Of a stretch of DNA of 64,000 nucleotides, positions 9,010 to 18,985 are shown piece by piece. This DNA is from an uncultured bacterium (GTDB lineage Bacteria > Patescibacteriota > Minisyncoccia > UBA6257 > 2-01-FULL-56-20): NCBI GenBank assembly GCA_963807165.1, contig CAWDZM010000001.1, forward strand, positions 417,521 to 481,520, in the 5' to 3' direction. The notes beneath the pieces are model-generated. The model was given only the letters and a program-made list of their open reading frames with translations. It was not told the DNA's origin and made no database searches. The position numbers and the translations under genes are program-made. The first letter of the stretch is position 1. Each line of letters begins with the position of its first letter.

Positions 9010-9435
9010 TTATTGGATCTCGGTCCATGAAACAATATTGATCTGTCCGGTGGTAGCATTCTCCGAAACCACTACATTGATCTTTTTAGTATGGCCGCTT
9101 ACCGTCGCGGTGGAAAGGATTGTGGCGAGACCCGCCGAGGGAGAACTTTGGGTGATGGTGACCGTTGCTGTTGCGGAGCTCGTGCCAGAGACGGTATATC
9201 CAGGAGAAGGGTTGGAAAATACACTATTCCTATCAAGCTGCAAAAGACCGTCCTCCGCGCCCGCCGTCGCCGCAGACTCGGCGCTAAAGGCCGCCGCGAC
9301 GCCGTATCCGGTATCGAGCGATGATGCCGCGAAGAATGCAATAAGAAGGCCGGCGACGGCTACCAATCCTCCGATAAAGAACACCAGTGCCAAAAATGTT
9401 TGACCTTTGTTGAAAGAGGGATATCCCATCCTCAT
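9010..9435 (-). CDS. Minor pilin-like protein (PilX-like)
   Basis: KGQ followed by a hydrophobic helix, AESAATAGAEDGLLQL, C-terminal SWTE. Confidence 0.7.
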   Translation of the reverse strand: MRMGYPSFNKGQTFLALVFFIGGLVAVAGLLIAFFAASSLDTGYGVAAAFSAESAATAGAEDGLLQLDRNSVFSNPSPGYTVSGTSSATATVTITQSSPSAGLATILSTATVSGHTKKINVVVSENATTGQINIVSWTEIQ

Positions 9436-9447
9436 TATTATACCTCC

Positions 9448-10365
9448 TTATTGAATATTGTAGGTCTGATCGCCCGAAAGGGCGTATGCCGTATTGCCCA
9501 ACTGCACCACATCACCTCCCGTCGTCGTTGTGGGCTGATAGATGTGATATGAAAAATCCGTACCATCCGACCATTGCCCAAAAGAATAAAGATTGTCCGG
9601 AGATGGCACGATCGCTCCGGCGATGAAACCCACCTCCTTCTGTGTGGTGAGATCGAATACAAAGAAGCCGTACGAAAGCTGATAACATCCTCCTGCATTC
9701 GGCGCTGGGTTGCATTGGAACAAAACGAGATACCGCTCATCCGGCGACAGCGCCACGTCGGAAACCTGTTCAAGACCAACGTCCGGCAATACCGCTACCT
9801 GAGTCAGACCGCTTGTCGTATCATATGAAAAAACAGAAATCTTCCCCTGAGAATTTGAATTCGGTGTACCCTTGGCAGCAAAATATACTTTTTCCTTTCC
9901 GTACAATACCGTGTACGAAGTGCTTAACGGCTGGAGTCCCATCGTTTGAGCAAGTTCCTGAAGATAGTCCGCGATACTCACGGGGGCGGTTCCATCGAAT
10001 GATGGCGACGAACCTTCGGAAGAGGATGGCGCAGATTGCATCTGTCGAATCGCCGCGGCGAGCGCGTCGTGGTGAACTGTCGTTATCTCGGCAGAGGTGA
10101 GCACGGTCGTCGATCCTTTTGCTGATTTGATCGTTAAGCTGCCCGGCGTAAGTTTTACCGAATAATTGCCGCCCGACGTCGGCACTTGCGGGATCGACGG
10201 GGTGACAGTATAACTCGCCGCGACACTGCCGCCCGGCGTTGTTGTTGTGGCTCCATTATTATTGCCCACCATCGCCATATAAGATCCACTCCACGGATGC
10301 CATAGCAAAAGCCCCACGAGAATCACAACGGCGATCCCGGCGATAATAATGAGCGTCTTCCTCAT
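9448..10365 (-). CDS. Membrane-anchored hypothetical protein
   Basis: N-terminal TM, Thr/Ser-rich linker, beta-rich C-terminus; stop/start overlap with the neighbouring gene. Confidence 0.75.
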   Translation of the reverse strand: MRKTLIIIAGIAVVILVGLLLWHPWSGSYMAMVGNNNGATTTTPGGSVAASYTVTPSIPQVPTSGGNYSVKLTPGSLTIKSAKGSTTVLTSAEITTVHHDALAAAIRQMQSAPSSSEGSSPSFDGTAPVSIADYLQELAQTMGLQPLSTSYTVLYGKEKVYFAAKGTPNSNSQGKISVFSYDTTSGLTQVAVLPDVGLEQVSDVALSPDERYLVLFQCNPAPNAGGCYQLSYGFFVFDLTTQKEVGFIAGAIVPSPDNLYSFGQWSDGTDFSYHIYQPTTTTGGDVVQLGNTAYALSGDQTYNIQ

Positions 10366-11930
10366 TGTGCGGGGGTAGGCTTCACCACCTGAAGCAATGG
10401 AACATCAGCACGCGTAGCGTACACTTCCCAATCAAACGATCCGCTTTGTGCGCTTGCATGCACGACGAACGTCCCTGCATCGTGATCAAAATTATCATAG
10501 CTCAAAACGAACGGCATACTCCCCTTCGCGGTTAAATACACCGTCTCCGATCCGGCTCGAGTGAGCGCACTAAAGTAAGAAGGCAAAGCAACCGTCGCCT
10601 CACCATCCACAAGCGTTGCAGTGCCGCGATAGTAGACGCCGTTCTCCGGCCCTTCAAGATCGGAATGAACCAGATCGTATCCCGGCATCTCGTTGCCCGG
10701 ATATGGAATCTCGAAGTTCTTCGTCGTCGCCGTGATCGTACCCACCACTTGCAATGCCGTGGAAGGATTTGTCGTGCCGATACCAACACTACCGCCATTA
10801 TAATAAATGGCCGTACCGGAAGCCGTCCATGGATTGCACGACCCTCCGCACGTGACATTGCCCGTGGCATAAATATTCCCCTTCACCGTCAATGCCTGCG
10901 CAGGAGTCGTCGTGCCAATACCGACATTGCCTTCGGTTAAAAGAATAATATTGCCGGTCCCAGGGACAGGAACCCCCCCGAATGTTTCTTGTTTAGAAAT
11001 AAGATCCAAATTACCACTAAGATCTCTCCCGATAAAACCACCTTGACCGTTATCTCCATTCCCCGCAAAAAAAGCGATAGACTCTTGCGGAGTTGCCGTC
11101 GGGAAATAACTGCTACTGATCGGCATACTTATAGTGCTGAAATATATACTATTTAACCCACCCGTGTTTGCCATAGTAAAATTCATAAAACCGCTCCCAG
11201 GAAAATGACTGGGATAAGCGGGCATCATTTCCACCGTACCAATACTGCCGCTTCCGCTTGGTGAACCCGCTATCAAATAAACACTACCACCGTTGGTATT
11301 CCCCGACGCACCGCTCTGCGCCTGAATATATATCGGGGAGCCATTACCAGACGCCGCAGTGCCTCCCTCAACGTCCAATGCCCCCGCCGGTGCCGTCGTG
11401 GTGCCAACACTAAGGCCGCCTGAAAATTCATAATTTCCACCGCCGGTGCCGGAACCAAAGGCGCCCGATGAAACATTGCCTGCGCTGATAGTCGAAGAGC
11501 CGAGACTGCTCGCGCTAAACGTCCCGGTGACAGTGAAATTACCGCCGACGGTAAGATTGTTGCCGATGGTAGTATTTCCGGCGCTTATCGTGCCCGTGGC
11601 GATAGAGATAGTCCCGTCATCACGCAATATAAATATCGGTGTCTGGTTATTTTCCAACACCTGCAATGCATTGGTGGTAGCATCGCTCGTCGAACCGACG
11701 ACGAGGAATTTAGTGCCCGAGATCGTCGTGGAGGTGCCGACGCTTACATTGTTGGAAGCATCGCTTCCAATCGAACCTGAACCGCCGGAAGGATTCTGCG
11801 TCGGCCCGGTAAAGGCAAACACCCTAAAGGTCAAAATAAACAACGCTCCCACTACGATTGCTCCCGCCGCCGTGGCGAAAATACTGAACTTTGTTTTGAA
11901 TAGATTTTTTTTCATTGGAGGGTTGATCAT
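10362..11930 (-). CDS. Exported Gly/Thr-rich fibre-like protein with GNVGIGTTxP repeats
   Basis: Signal/TM; repeated VSVGT/VGIGTT motifs; C-terminal KNFEIPYP...LVHSDLEGPENGVYYRG domain. Confidence 0.8.
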   Translation of the reverse strand: MINPPMKKNLFKTKFSIFATAAGAIVVGALFILTFRVFAFTGPTQNPSGGSGSIGSDASNNVSVGTSTTISGTKFLVVGSTSDATTNALQVLENNQTPIFILRDDGTISIATGTISAGNTTIGNNLTVGGNFTVTGTFSASSLGSSTISAGNVSSGAFGSGTGGGNYEFSGGLSVGTTTAPAGALDVEGGTAASGNGSPIYIQAQSGASGNTNGGSVYLIAGSPSGSGSIGTVEMMPAYPSHFPGSGFMNFTMANTGGLNSIYFSTISMPISSSYFPTATPQESIAFFAGNGDNGQGGFIGRDLSGNLDLISKQETFGGVPVPGTGNIILLTEGNVGIGTTTPAQALTVKGNIYATGNVTCGGSCNPWTASGTAIYYNGGSVGIGTTNPSTALQVVGTITATTKNFEIPYPGNEMPGYDLVHSDLEGPENGVYYRGTATLVDGEATVALPSYFSALTRAGSETVYLTAKGSMPFVLSYDNFDHDAGTFVVHASAQSGSFDWEVYATRADVPLLQVVKPTPAQ

Positions 11931-12388
11931 TGGGTGGCGGCCGACGAAGTCGCGTTAGGAGAACCCTGAAGATATGGGGTGGTCTGCGCTGCTGCCGCTT
12001 CCACGGCGGAGGGATTGGCAATTAATTGCGCGATACTGCTCGTAGCATTCAGGCGCGTCCAGAAAATGATCTGCTGGGGGTTAAAATATACTTCGCCCGA
12101 AGGTCCCCATGCGACGCTATTAAAAGGATATACCCCCACCGCCGCATTTCCTTTTGCATCGGTACTCCGTTGCAAAAACCATGCATCTTCCATGTGCGGC
12201 GTCGGATACCAATCAAGCGTGCCGAAATAAATATCGCCCGTGGAAAGATAGACGGCGGAATACGGCGAAAGCGCGCTCGCCTGCGCTCCGCGATCGCTCA
12301 CGCGCATCCCCGCCCACACCCCGACGCCGATGAGGATGACGGCCCCCACGACCACCAGTGCAATGACGATATTTTTTTGGATCTTCAT
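11927..12388 (-). CDS. Membrane-anchored hypothetical protein
   Basis: N-terminal TM, YSAVYLSTGDIYFG; stop/start overlap in the operon. Confidence 0.8.
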   Translation of the reverse strand: MKIQKNIVIALVVVGAVILIGVGVWAGMRVSDRGAQASALSPYSAVYLSTGDIYFGTLDWYPTPHMEDAWFLQRSTDAKGNAAVGVYPFNSVAWGPSGEVYFNPQQIIFWTRLNATSSIAQLIANPSAVEAAAAQTTPYLQGSPNATSSAATQ

Positions 12389-12407
12389 GATCGATATGTT
12401 TTATATA

Positions 12408-12980
12408 TTATTTCGGCACAACGATGATGTGTCCCACAGGACCCTTCGAAGGGCCACCACATGATGCGCAATAAAAAGTAAAATTGCCCGGCTGTAACGC
12501 CTGAAATTGGATGACCTGCATCTTCCCTTTCGGAATCGTCGTGACGCTAAACCCATAATCAGGCTGATTAAATCCATAGCTGGCATCAACCGCAGTGAGA
12601 TTGAGGTTCACCGTATCGCCCTGATCGACAATCACCGTACTCGGAGAAAACGCGCCATTTTTGATCGCAATGGCAAAACTCCGATAGCTCACATCCCCAG
12701 AGGGATCACCAGCAGCTTGAACGACCGGGATCGCCGCACCGAGCACCGTACTCGTCGCGCCTTTATTAGGAACAGAAACATTCGCAGGGACTGCTGTTTT
12801 CGTGGAAGAGGTCGCAACGCCTTGCGCCGAAGTCGAACCTTGGGTTGATGGCGTCGTATTCTGCGCATCATTTTGCACCGTGCCGACGTTGTTCCCCCGC
12901 AATGAATACCCCACAAGCATGGCACCACCCACCACCACGATCAATGCAATAATGATCACTATTTTCTTCTTCATGCTCAT
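12408..12980 (-). CDS. Membrane-anchored cupredoxin-domain protein
   Basis: FSPSTVIVDQGDTV, PGNFTFYCASCG. Confidence 0.8.
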   Translation of the reverse strand: MSMKKKIVIIIALIVVVGGAMLVGYSLRGNNVGTVQNDAQNTTPSTQGSTSAQGVATSSTKTAVPANVSVPNKGATSTVLGAAIPVVQAAGDPSGDVSYRSFAIAIKNGAFSPSTVIVDQGDTVNLNLTAVDASYGFNQPDYGFSVTTIPKGKMQVIQFQALQPGNFTFYCASCGGPSKGPVGHIIVVPK

Positions 12981-13004
12981 AAAATGATTATATCATTCCT
13001 ATTA

Positions 13005-13805
13005 TTAATAGAGTTCCTGCCACGCAGGCGTTCCCGACGCGTTTTGGGCGCACAACCAAAGCGAATCCTTCCCTGCCCCGCCCGAAACAAACCAAAGCGT
13101 CCCGCGCGTATTCGTGCTGCACGTTCCCGTTGCGCTTTGGATGAGCTGTATGCCGCCATTTACGGAAAGCTGTGCATATGGACTCAACGTATTAATACCA
13201 ACATTATTGCCGACGAAATTAATGACGCCATTAATCGGACTCCATTGATAAGTGGAGTTCCCCAGCGGCTCGCCGCTGGCCGACGGAAGAACGTTGGTAT
13301 CAAACGTTGCGGCGGAAACGTGCTCGATGGAAGATTGGAAAAGCTGACTGAATGCCTGCACCACATTCGTCGTGTTGTACGCCATCGTGAACGAAACATT
13401 CACCACGTCATGTCCTGGAGGGTTTGCCCGGCGCACGAACGAGAGATTCGAAACAGAAACTTTGTTGGAAGTGAGTGCCTGCAACGGCCCGCCAACCGAT
13501 TGTTGAAGATACACCGTGCCGCTCGCGAGCGTGATGAACGTCGGATCCGCAGAAGAGCTCGCCATAAAAAGCTGGAGGGTGGACGTGGTGGTGGACGTCG
13601 GGATATTCACCAAACTCGCTGTCTCCACATAGTACTGCAACTTCCCTAAAAGAAATTCGCTCTCCTGGCTCACTGCCGCAGACGACGTGGATTGCACCTG
13701 CACCTGCGTGACCACCACCAGTATGCCGATGAAGGCAATGATGACCACGGAAAAGATGCTTATCGCAATCAACATCTCAATGAGTGTAAATCCTTTCGCT
13801 TTCAT
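13005..13805 (-). CDS. Prepilin-type minor pilin
   Basis: Class III signal KGFTLIEMLIAI. Confidence 0.9.
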   Translation of the reverse strand: MKAKGFTLIEMLIAISIFSVVIIAFIGILVVVTQVQVQSTSSAAVSQESEFLLGKLQYYVETASLVNIPTSTTTSTLQLFMASSSADPTFITLASGTVYLQQSVGGPLQALTSNKVSVSNLSFVRRANPPGHDVVNVSFTMAYNTTNVVQAFSQLFQSSIEHVSAATFDTNVLPSASGEPLGNSTYQWSPINGVINFVGNNVGINTLSPYAQLSVNGGIQLIQSATGTCSTNTRGTLWFVSGGAGKDSLWLCAQNASGTPAWQELY

Positions 13806-13832
13806 ATATTTATTATAGCATCATGAATAGGA

Positions 13833-14738
13833 TTACGGACTCCAATTTACAATAACTCCTTGTACGCGCGGGGTGGCAGTCTGTCCGACGTTCGTGGACA
13901 GAATGACGCGGTAGCGGAAATATCTTCCCGTAAGCGAACTATAGTTGTAGAGCGCGATCGGGACGCCAGCAACGCCGGTGTATGTGCTTCCCGATGTGCC
14001 ATCCGGGCCAATGAAGTTCCATGGGCCACTCGAACTATTGCTCACCGCAAATTGGAACCCAACCGCTGTTGATGACGGCGTGGAGCCCTGCCACGTGAGC
14101 GAATTGATCTGTGCGCCGCTTGCGACGCCGGTGTCGAACGTCTCCGAGTCGAGCGTCCCCGTCGCCGAACCCGCGACCCAGTACGTCACAAGATCGTATT
14201 GCGAAGTTCCGCAGCTCGAAGTATTGCTGCAGTTAAAAGAAATCCACCCCACCGTGCCATTCCACGCCCATCCGGAAAACACTCCCGTCGAAGGATTGAT
14301 AGTCACGCCGCAATACGACCCGTAGCTCTGACACAATGCTGTGGTCGTTGCGGAGGGATATGTCGAAGAGGCATCACCCCAATAGAACGATATCCATCCG
14401 TACTTATCACTCCACGCCCATCCCGAAAGATGGCCGCCGCCGTCATTCGTCACTTTATAATTGCTCGTGCCGCAAATATTTCCCGGAGGAGCCGTGGCAC
14501 AATCGAGGGAAATACTTCCCGCCGACGAGCTGGCATATCCCGTGACCTGCGTTGCCGAAACACCGACAACCCCCGTTGAATAAAAATCCATCCATCCGAT
14601 CGCATCGTTCCATGCCCAATGCATGGATGTGGATGCGTTGATATTATTAGCCCCTCCGGCGAACGCGCTACCGGGAATAAAAAGAAAAATGGCGATGACC
14701 CCTGCAATGATAGCGCTATGGAAAAGAAAAGATCTCAT
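13833..14738 (-). CDS. Secreted protein with WAWN/S-x-GWISF repeats
   Basis: Signal peptide; three WAW..GW.(S/D)F repeats with Cys pairs; C-terminal RYFRYRV. Confidence 0.85.
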   Translation of the reverse strand: MRSFLFHSAIIAGVIAIFLFIPGSAFAGGANNINASTSMHWAWNDAIGWMDFYSTGVVGVSATQVTGYASSSAGSISLDCATAPPGNICGTSNYKVTNDGGGHLSGWAWSDKYGWISFYWGDASSTYPSATTTALCQSYGSYCGVTINPSTGVFSGWAWNGTVGWISFNCSNTSSCGTSQYDLVTYWVAGSATGTLDSETFDTGVASGAQINSLTWQGSTPSSTAVGFQFAVSNSSSGPWNFIGPDGTSGSTYTGVAGVPIALYNYSSLTGRYFRYRVILSTNVGQTATPRVQGVIVNWSP

Positions 14739-14750
14739 GGTGCGATGATA

Positions 14751-15368
14751 TTAATATCCCGGGATAGAAACGTAGATCGATCCCGTACTCGTCGTGTAGT
14801 CGATATTCGATGATGTGGCAAACTGATCACCGGCAGAGGTCGCTACGCCGCTCTGGTTCGGACCGCCGGACCAATCGGTCTGGTCGAACACGGCATCTTC
14901 GTTCCTGGTGATGTACGTACTGATCGTGCTCGTCTTCCCCGCATTCCAATTATACACTACGAAAACCTGCTTCGTGGATGGATCGTACGTCGTTCCCGAC
15001 GCGGTGATGACTCCGCCGGTACGATACACATCGGAAAGATAAAAATAGCGGGTGTACGTCGTGGTCGCGATGACAATGGATTCAACTCCCGACGTCGCGG
15101 TATAAGGAGACGAAGCAGTGATCAGATAATAGCGATAGGTTGAACCGGTGGCGAGCGAAAGAATATTCTGCCAGCTCCCCTCAGACCACACGCGCACATT
15201 ATTTATGAGACTTTGCGCATTCGTCGCCGCCGTCTGTATCTTGATCGCCTGGCCACTCTCGGTAAGCGACGGCGAGATGATCATTGCCGCACCCACCATA
15301 AAAATGACGCCCACCGCGATGGCGATCATGATCTCAACAAATGATTGTCCGGAGCGGGAATTGTTCAT
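14751..15368 (-). CDS. Minor pilin-like protein
   Basis: SGQSFVEIMIAI class III-like signal. Confidence 0.85.
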   Translation of the reverse strand: MNNSRSGQSFVEIMIAIAVGVIFMVGAAMIISPSLTESGQAIKIQTAATNAQSLINNVRVWSEGSWQNILSLATGSTYRYYLITASSPYTATSGVESIVIATTTYTRYFYLSDVYRTGGVITASGTTYDPSTKQVFVVYNWNAGKTSTISTYITRNEDAVFDQTDWSGGPNQSGVATSAGDQFATSSNIDYTTSTGSIYVSIPGY

Positions 15369-15375
15369 AAAAATT

Positions 15376-15846
15376 TTAATACGTCACTTGGCCGGATGAT
15401 GCGATTAATATAGTGGAGGAGAACGCGGTGTTTTGCTTTGGCATATAAAAACCGATGCTCGTGGAAGCGGATGCGAGGCCGGAAATGGAAGAAAAGATCA
15501 CGTCAAGCGTTGCGCCGGATGCAAGCGTGGACGTAATGTACGCCACCGTCCCGGGCAGGTGGAACGGGCCGCTGACGATCGTCGTCGTGCTATAGCTCGT
15601 CCTAAAAAGCGCATAGAAAGGAGTACTCCCCGTCGGATTCGCAAAATGCACTCCCCACGCCGCATCCGATTCCTGGGCCATCGCATCGCTCTGCGCCTGC
15701 CGCAGAAGCGATCCCACCTGCTCAACCGTGGCGGAAAGATCGGCACTGCTCTTTCGCTGGGACAAACTCGCAAACACCACCGCGCCCATAGCGATCATGA
15801 TGCCAAATACCACGAGTAGTTCAATGAGTGTGAATCCTTTGCGCAT
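15376..15846 (-). CDS. Prepilin-type minor pilin (FimT/GspH-like)
   Basis: KGFTLIELLVV; LRQAQSDAM. Confidence 0.88.
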   Translation of the reverse strand: MRKGFTLIELLVVFGIMIAMGAVVFASLSQRKSSADLSATVEQVGSLLRQAQSDAMAQESDAAWGVHFANPTGSTPFYALFRTSYSTTTIVSGPFHLPGTVAYITSTLASGATLDVIFSSISGLASASTSIGFYMPKQNTAFSSTILIASSGQVTY

Positions 15847-15852
15847 AGAATT

Positions 15853-17061
15853 TTAGAATGAGGTGGTCAACTGATAGATCGGCACAATAATAGAGAGCGC
15901 GATGACGCCGACCATCACGCCCATCACGAGCAACATCGCCGGCTCGAGTAACGAGACAAGTGCCTTAATATTCGCATCGATATTTGATTCATAGAACTGC
16001 GCAAGCGTATCCAACACCTCCTCGAGATGGCCTGCTTTTTCGGAAACGGCAACGAGGTTAGAAACGATCTTCGGGAACACCGTCTCGCGATGGAATGCCT
16101 CGCCGATCGTAAGTCCCTTTGCTAAGCCATCATTCGCAATGCGAAGAAGCGCGTCGCGATACGCATCCAACCCCACGGTGTCGGCAGCGATAGTGATCGT
16201 CTGAACGATCGGCAATCCGGCGCGCATGAGCGAGCTCATCGTGGACGCCATGCGTTGGACGGCAAGCTCGTAGTACACTGTGCGCACGAGCGGAAGACTC
16301 GTCAGCACACGGCTAAATATCTTTCCCCCTACCTCCGTCTTCATCGCCGCCCATGCCAACACTCCGACGATGATCAGTATCCCCGGAAGGATAATAAAAA
16401 TATTCGCCCCGATAAAAAGACCGACGGTGAACACGATCTGCGAAAACCACGGCGGATTGATGCCGCTCTGAGAGAATACGTTCGCCACCTTTGGCAGGGC
16501 AAACGTCACAAGGAATGTGAGGATCGCCGTTGCGATGCACAAAAGGATGATCGGATAGATCATTGCGGATTTTACCTTGCCCTGGATCTCCGCATCACGT
16601 TCAAGCGACGCGCTCAAATCTTCGAACGTCTTCTGAAGCGTTCCCGATGCTTCCGCCGCCTTTACCAAATTAATAACGGTCGGTGAAAAATCTTTCGGGT
16701 GCCGTGCAAACGCTTGATAGAACGGCTGGCCCTTACTCAGATCCTCGCGCACCTCGAGAAGAAAATTGCGCATCGCCGGCTTATCAAAATCCAAAATAAG
16801 GATGTTGATTGCGGAAAGCAAATCCGTACCCACGCGCAACATGAGCGCGAGATACTTTGTAAGAAACACTTTATCCGACGTGTTGATGCCACCAAAGAAT
16901 CCCTGGACGAATCCGATCTTCACCTGATCGATCGGCTTCACTGAGACCGGACGCAATTGCTTTCCGCCAAGAAATCGAAGGACGTCGCTCAGCGCGTCAG
17001 CTTCGTGATCGCCCTCCATCATCTTTCCCGACTCATCCGCAGCAACATAGTGAAACAGCAT
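15853..17061 (-). CDS. pilC: Type IV pilus platform protein (PilC/GspF family)
   Basis: AAEASGTL, KSAMIYP, VSEKAGHL, LLEP. Confidence 0.93.
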   Translation of the reverse strand: MLFHYVAADESGKMMEGDHEADALSDVLRFLGGKQLRPVSVKPIDQVKIGFVQGFFGGINTSDKVFLTKYLALMLRVGTDLLSAINILILDFDKPAMRNFLLEVREDLSKGQPFYQAFARHPKDFSPTVINLVKAAEASGTLQKTFEDLSASLERDAEIQGKVKSAMIYPIILLCIATAILTFLVTFALPKVANVFSQSGINPPWFSQIVFTVGLFIGANIFIILPGILIIVGVLAWAAMKTEVGGKIFSRVLTSLPLVRTVYYELAVQRMASTMSSLMRAGLPIVQTITIAADTVGLDAYRDALLRIANDGLAKGLTIGEAFHRETVFPKIVSNLVAVSEKAGHLEEVLDTLAQFYESNIDANIKALVSLLEPAMLLVMGVMVGVIALSIIVPIYQLTTSF

Positions 17062-17092
17062 ACATAAATAATACCATTTCCTAAGCCCAATC

Positions 17093-17126
17093 ACTATAAA
17101 ACAATGGGCATTAAATCTATCTAAAA
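17093..17126 (-). promoter_or_regulatory. Conserved promoter motif upstream of pilC
   Basis: Minus strand TTTTAGATAGATTTAATG, N10, TATAGT. Confidence 0.65.
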
Positions 17127-17134
17127 TAGGAAAA

Positions 17135-17163
17135 ACGGAACAGCCATTAAATGGCTGTTCCGT
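17135..17163 (-). terminator. Hairpin/terminator between pilB and pilC
   Basis: ACGGAACAGCCAT-TAA-ATGGCTGTTCCGT, followed by Ts on the minus strand. Confidence 0.65.
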
Positions 17164-17202
17164 CTGACACGCAAAGATTTTTTAATATCCTTCTCCCCTG
17201 TA

Positions 17203-18918
17203 CTATTCGCGGATGACGCGCAGCACTTCCTCCAGCGTTGTAAGCGCGATTTCCACTTTCCACAACCCATCCTCGAACATAGTCTTCATGCCCGACTCCT
17301 GCGCCTGCGCGCGCACCGCGGCCAGATCAAATTCGGGCTTTACGATCAATTCCTTTATCTTTTCATCCACTTCGAGCGCCTCGTAGATGGCGAGACGGCC
17401 GCGATAGCCTGTGCCGCCGCACGAAGAACATCCCTTGCCGGCATAGAATGTCTTTGGCACGTGCGTCTTTGCCGGATCGAGACCGTTGCCTACAATCTGT
17501 TTTTGCAATATTGCGAGAATTGACGCATCAGCATCATAGGAATAGATACACGACGGGCAGATCTTTCTTACCAGACGCTGGGCGAGCACCAGATTGAGCA
17601 CCGAGCTCACGAGAAACGGGGGGATGTTCATATTAAAGAAGCGCGGGATGGCCGTCGGCGCGTCGTTCGTGTGGAGCGAGGAGAGCAGCAAGTGTCCGGT
17701 GAGCGCTGCCTGCACCGCAATGTCGGCTGTCTCGGCGTCGCGAATCTCACCGACCATGATGATGTTCGGGTCCTGGCGCATGAGCGCGCGAAGTCCGGAC
17801 GCAAAGCTGATGCCCGCATCCGGATTGATCTGCGTCTGGTTGACGTAGCGCATATTGTATTCGATCGGGTCCTCGACGGTCGTCACGTTTACCTCAGGGC
17901 GATTCAAGATGTTCATCAACGCGTAGAGCGTCGTCGTCTTTCCGGAACCGGTCGGACCGCACGAGATGAGCATGCCGAACGATTTTTTGAGATTACTCGA
18001 AACGATCTTCGCGACGTCCGGAGACATGCCAAGCTCTTCCAAAGAAAGCGGCTTCTGCGACGATTCAAGCAAACGCATTTCCACCTTTTCGCCATAGAAC
18101 GTCGGCATCGTGGAAACGCGCACATCGATCTCCTGACCACCAAGCTGGTAGCGGAAACGGCCGTCCTGCGGTGCAAAATGTTCGTCGATCTTCAGCCCCG
18201 CGAGTAGTTTGATGCGCGCGACAATTCCAGGATGCACTTTTTTCGTAATATCCATCACCTGATATAAAATGCCGTCAATGCGATAGCGAATGAACGTAGA
18301 TTCCTCCAGAAGCTCGATATGAATATCCGACGCACGCGAGGCGAGTGCATAAGAAAGAATGTTATCCACGATGCCGACGATCGGAAGGTCATCGGCCGCC
18401 GCGGCCGCGCTCTCCGATTGGTTCATGAGCGATGCGCGAACGTTGTCATCGATCGTCTTTTTAAAATCCTGCCCGAGCTCATAACCATATACGGAGAATC
18501 CACGGTTCAGATCCCCCAACGATGCAAGAAATGGCCGAATCTTCCCGCCCAACTTCTGTTCCAAAAATTCCCGCGTTTCAAGATCCGACGGATCAACCAT
18601 CGCCACGTCATACGTCCCGTCCTCTTCTTTATTAAAGACAATCGCCTGCCGCTGGCGCGCGACGTTCTCCGCCAAAAGATTCACCACCTCCTTATTGACC
18701 GGATGAAGGCTAAAGTCCGCGCGCGGCACGCCGAGCAGCTTGGCGATAAGGTCGTTCAGATAATTTCCCTCCACGATCTTCTCGGAAACCAGCACCTCTA
18801 TAATATTCTGGCTTTTGCGTTCCGCCTCCTGATACAGCTCATCGAACCGCTCAGCGGTGATGAGGTTTTGATCCATCAATAGTTTCTTCAGCTGATCCGG
18901 GGAGATAGGGAGTTTCAT
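17203..18918 (-). CDS. pilB: Type IV pilus assembly ATPase (PilB/GspE family)
   Basis: ASDIHIE, PQDGR, GPTGSGKTTT, RQDPNIIMVGEIRD, tetracysteine motif. Confidence 0.95.
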   Translation of the reverse strand: MKLPISPDQLKKLLMDQNLITAERFDELYQEAERKSQNIIEVLVSEKIVEGNYLNDLIAKLLGVPRADFSLHPVNKEVVNLLAENVARQRQAIVFNKEEDGTYDVAMVDPSDLETREFLEQKLGGKIRPFLASLGDLNRGFSVYGYELGQDFKKTIDDNVRASLMNQSESAAAAADDLPIVGIVDNILSYALASRASDIHIELLEESTFIRYRIDGILYQVMDITKKVHPGIVARIKLLAGLKIDEHFAPQDGRFRYQLGGQEIDVRVSTMPTFYGEKVEMRLLESSQKPLSLEELGMSPDVAKIVSSNLKKSFGMLISCGPTGSGKTTTLYALMNILNRPEVNVTTVEDPIEYNMRYVNQTQINPDAGISFASGLRALMRQDPNIIMVGEIRDAETADIAVQAALTGHLLLSSLHTNDAPTAIPRFFNMNIPPFLVSSVLNLVLAQRLVRKICPSCIYSYDADASILAILQKQIVGNGLDPAKTHVPKTFYAGKGCSSCGGTGYRGRLAIYEALEVDEKIKELIVKPEFDLAAVRAQAQESGMKTMFEDGLWKVEIALTTLEEVLRVIRE

Positions 18919-18985
18919 AGTATCGTTCCTTAATAATAGCAGAGCGCCCGACAAAATAAAAAGCGCCGGCCGAAGCCGACGCTTT

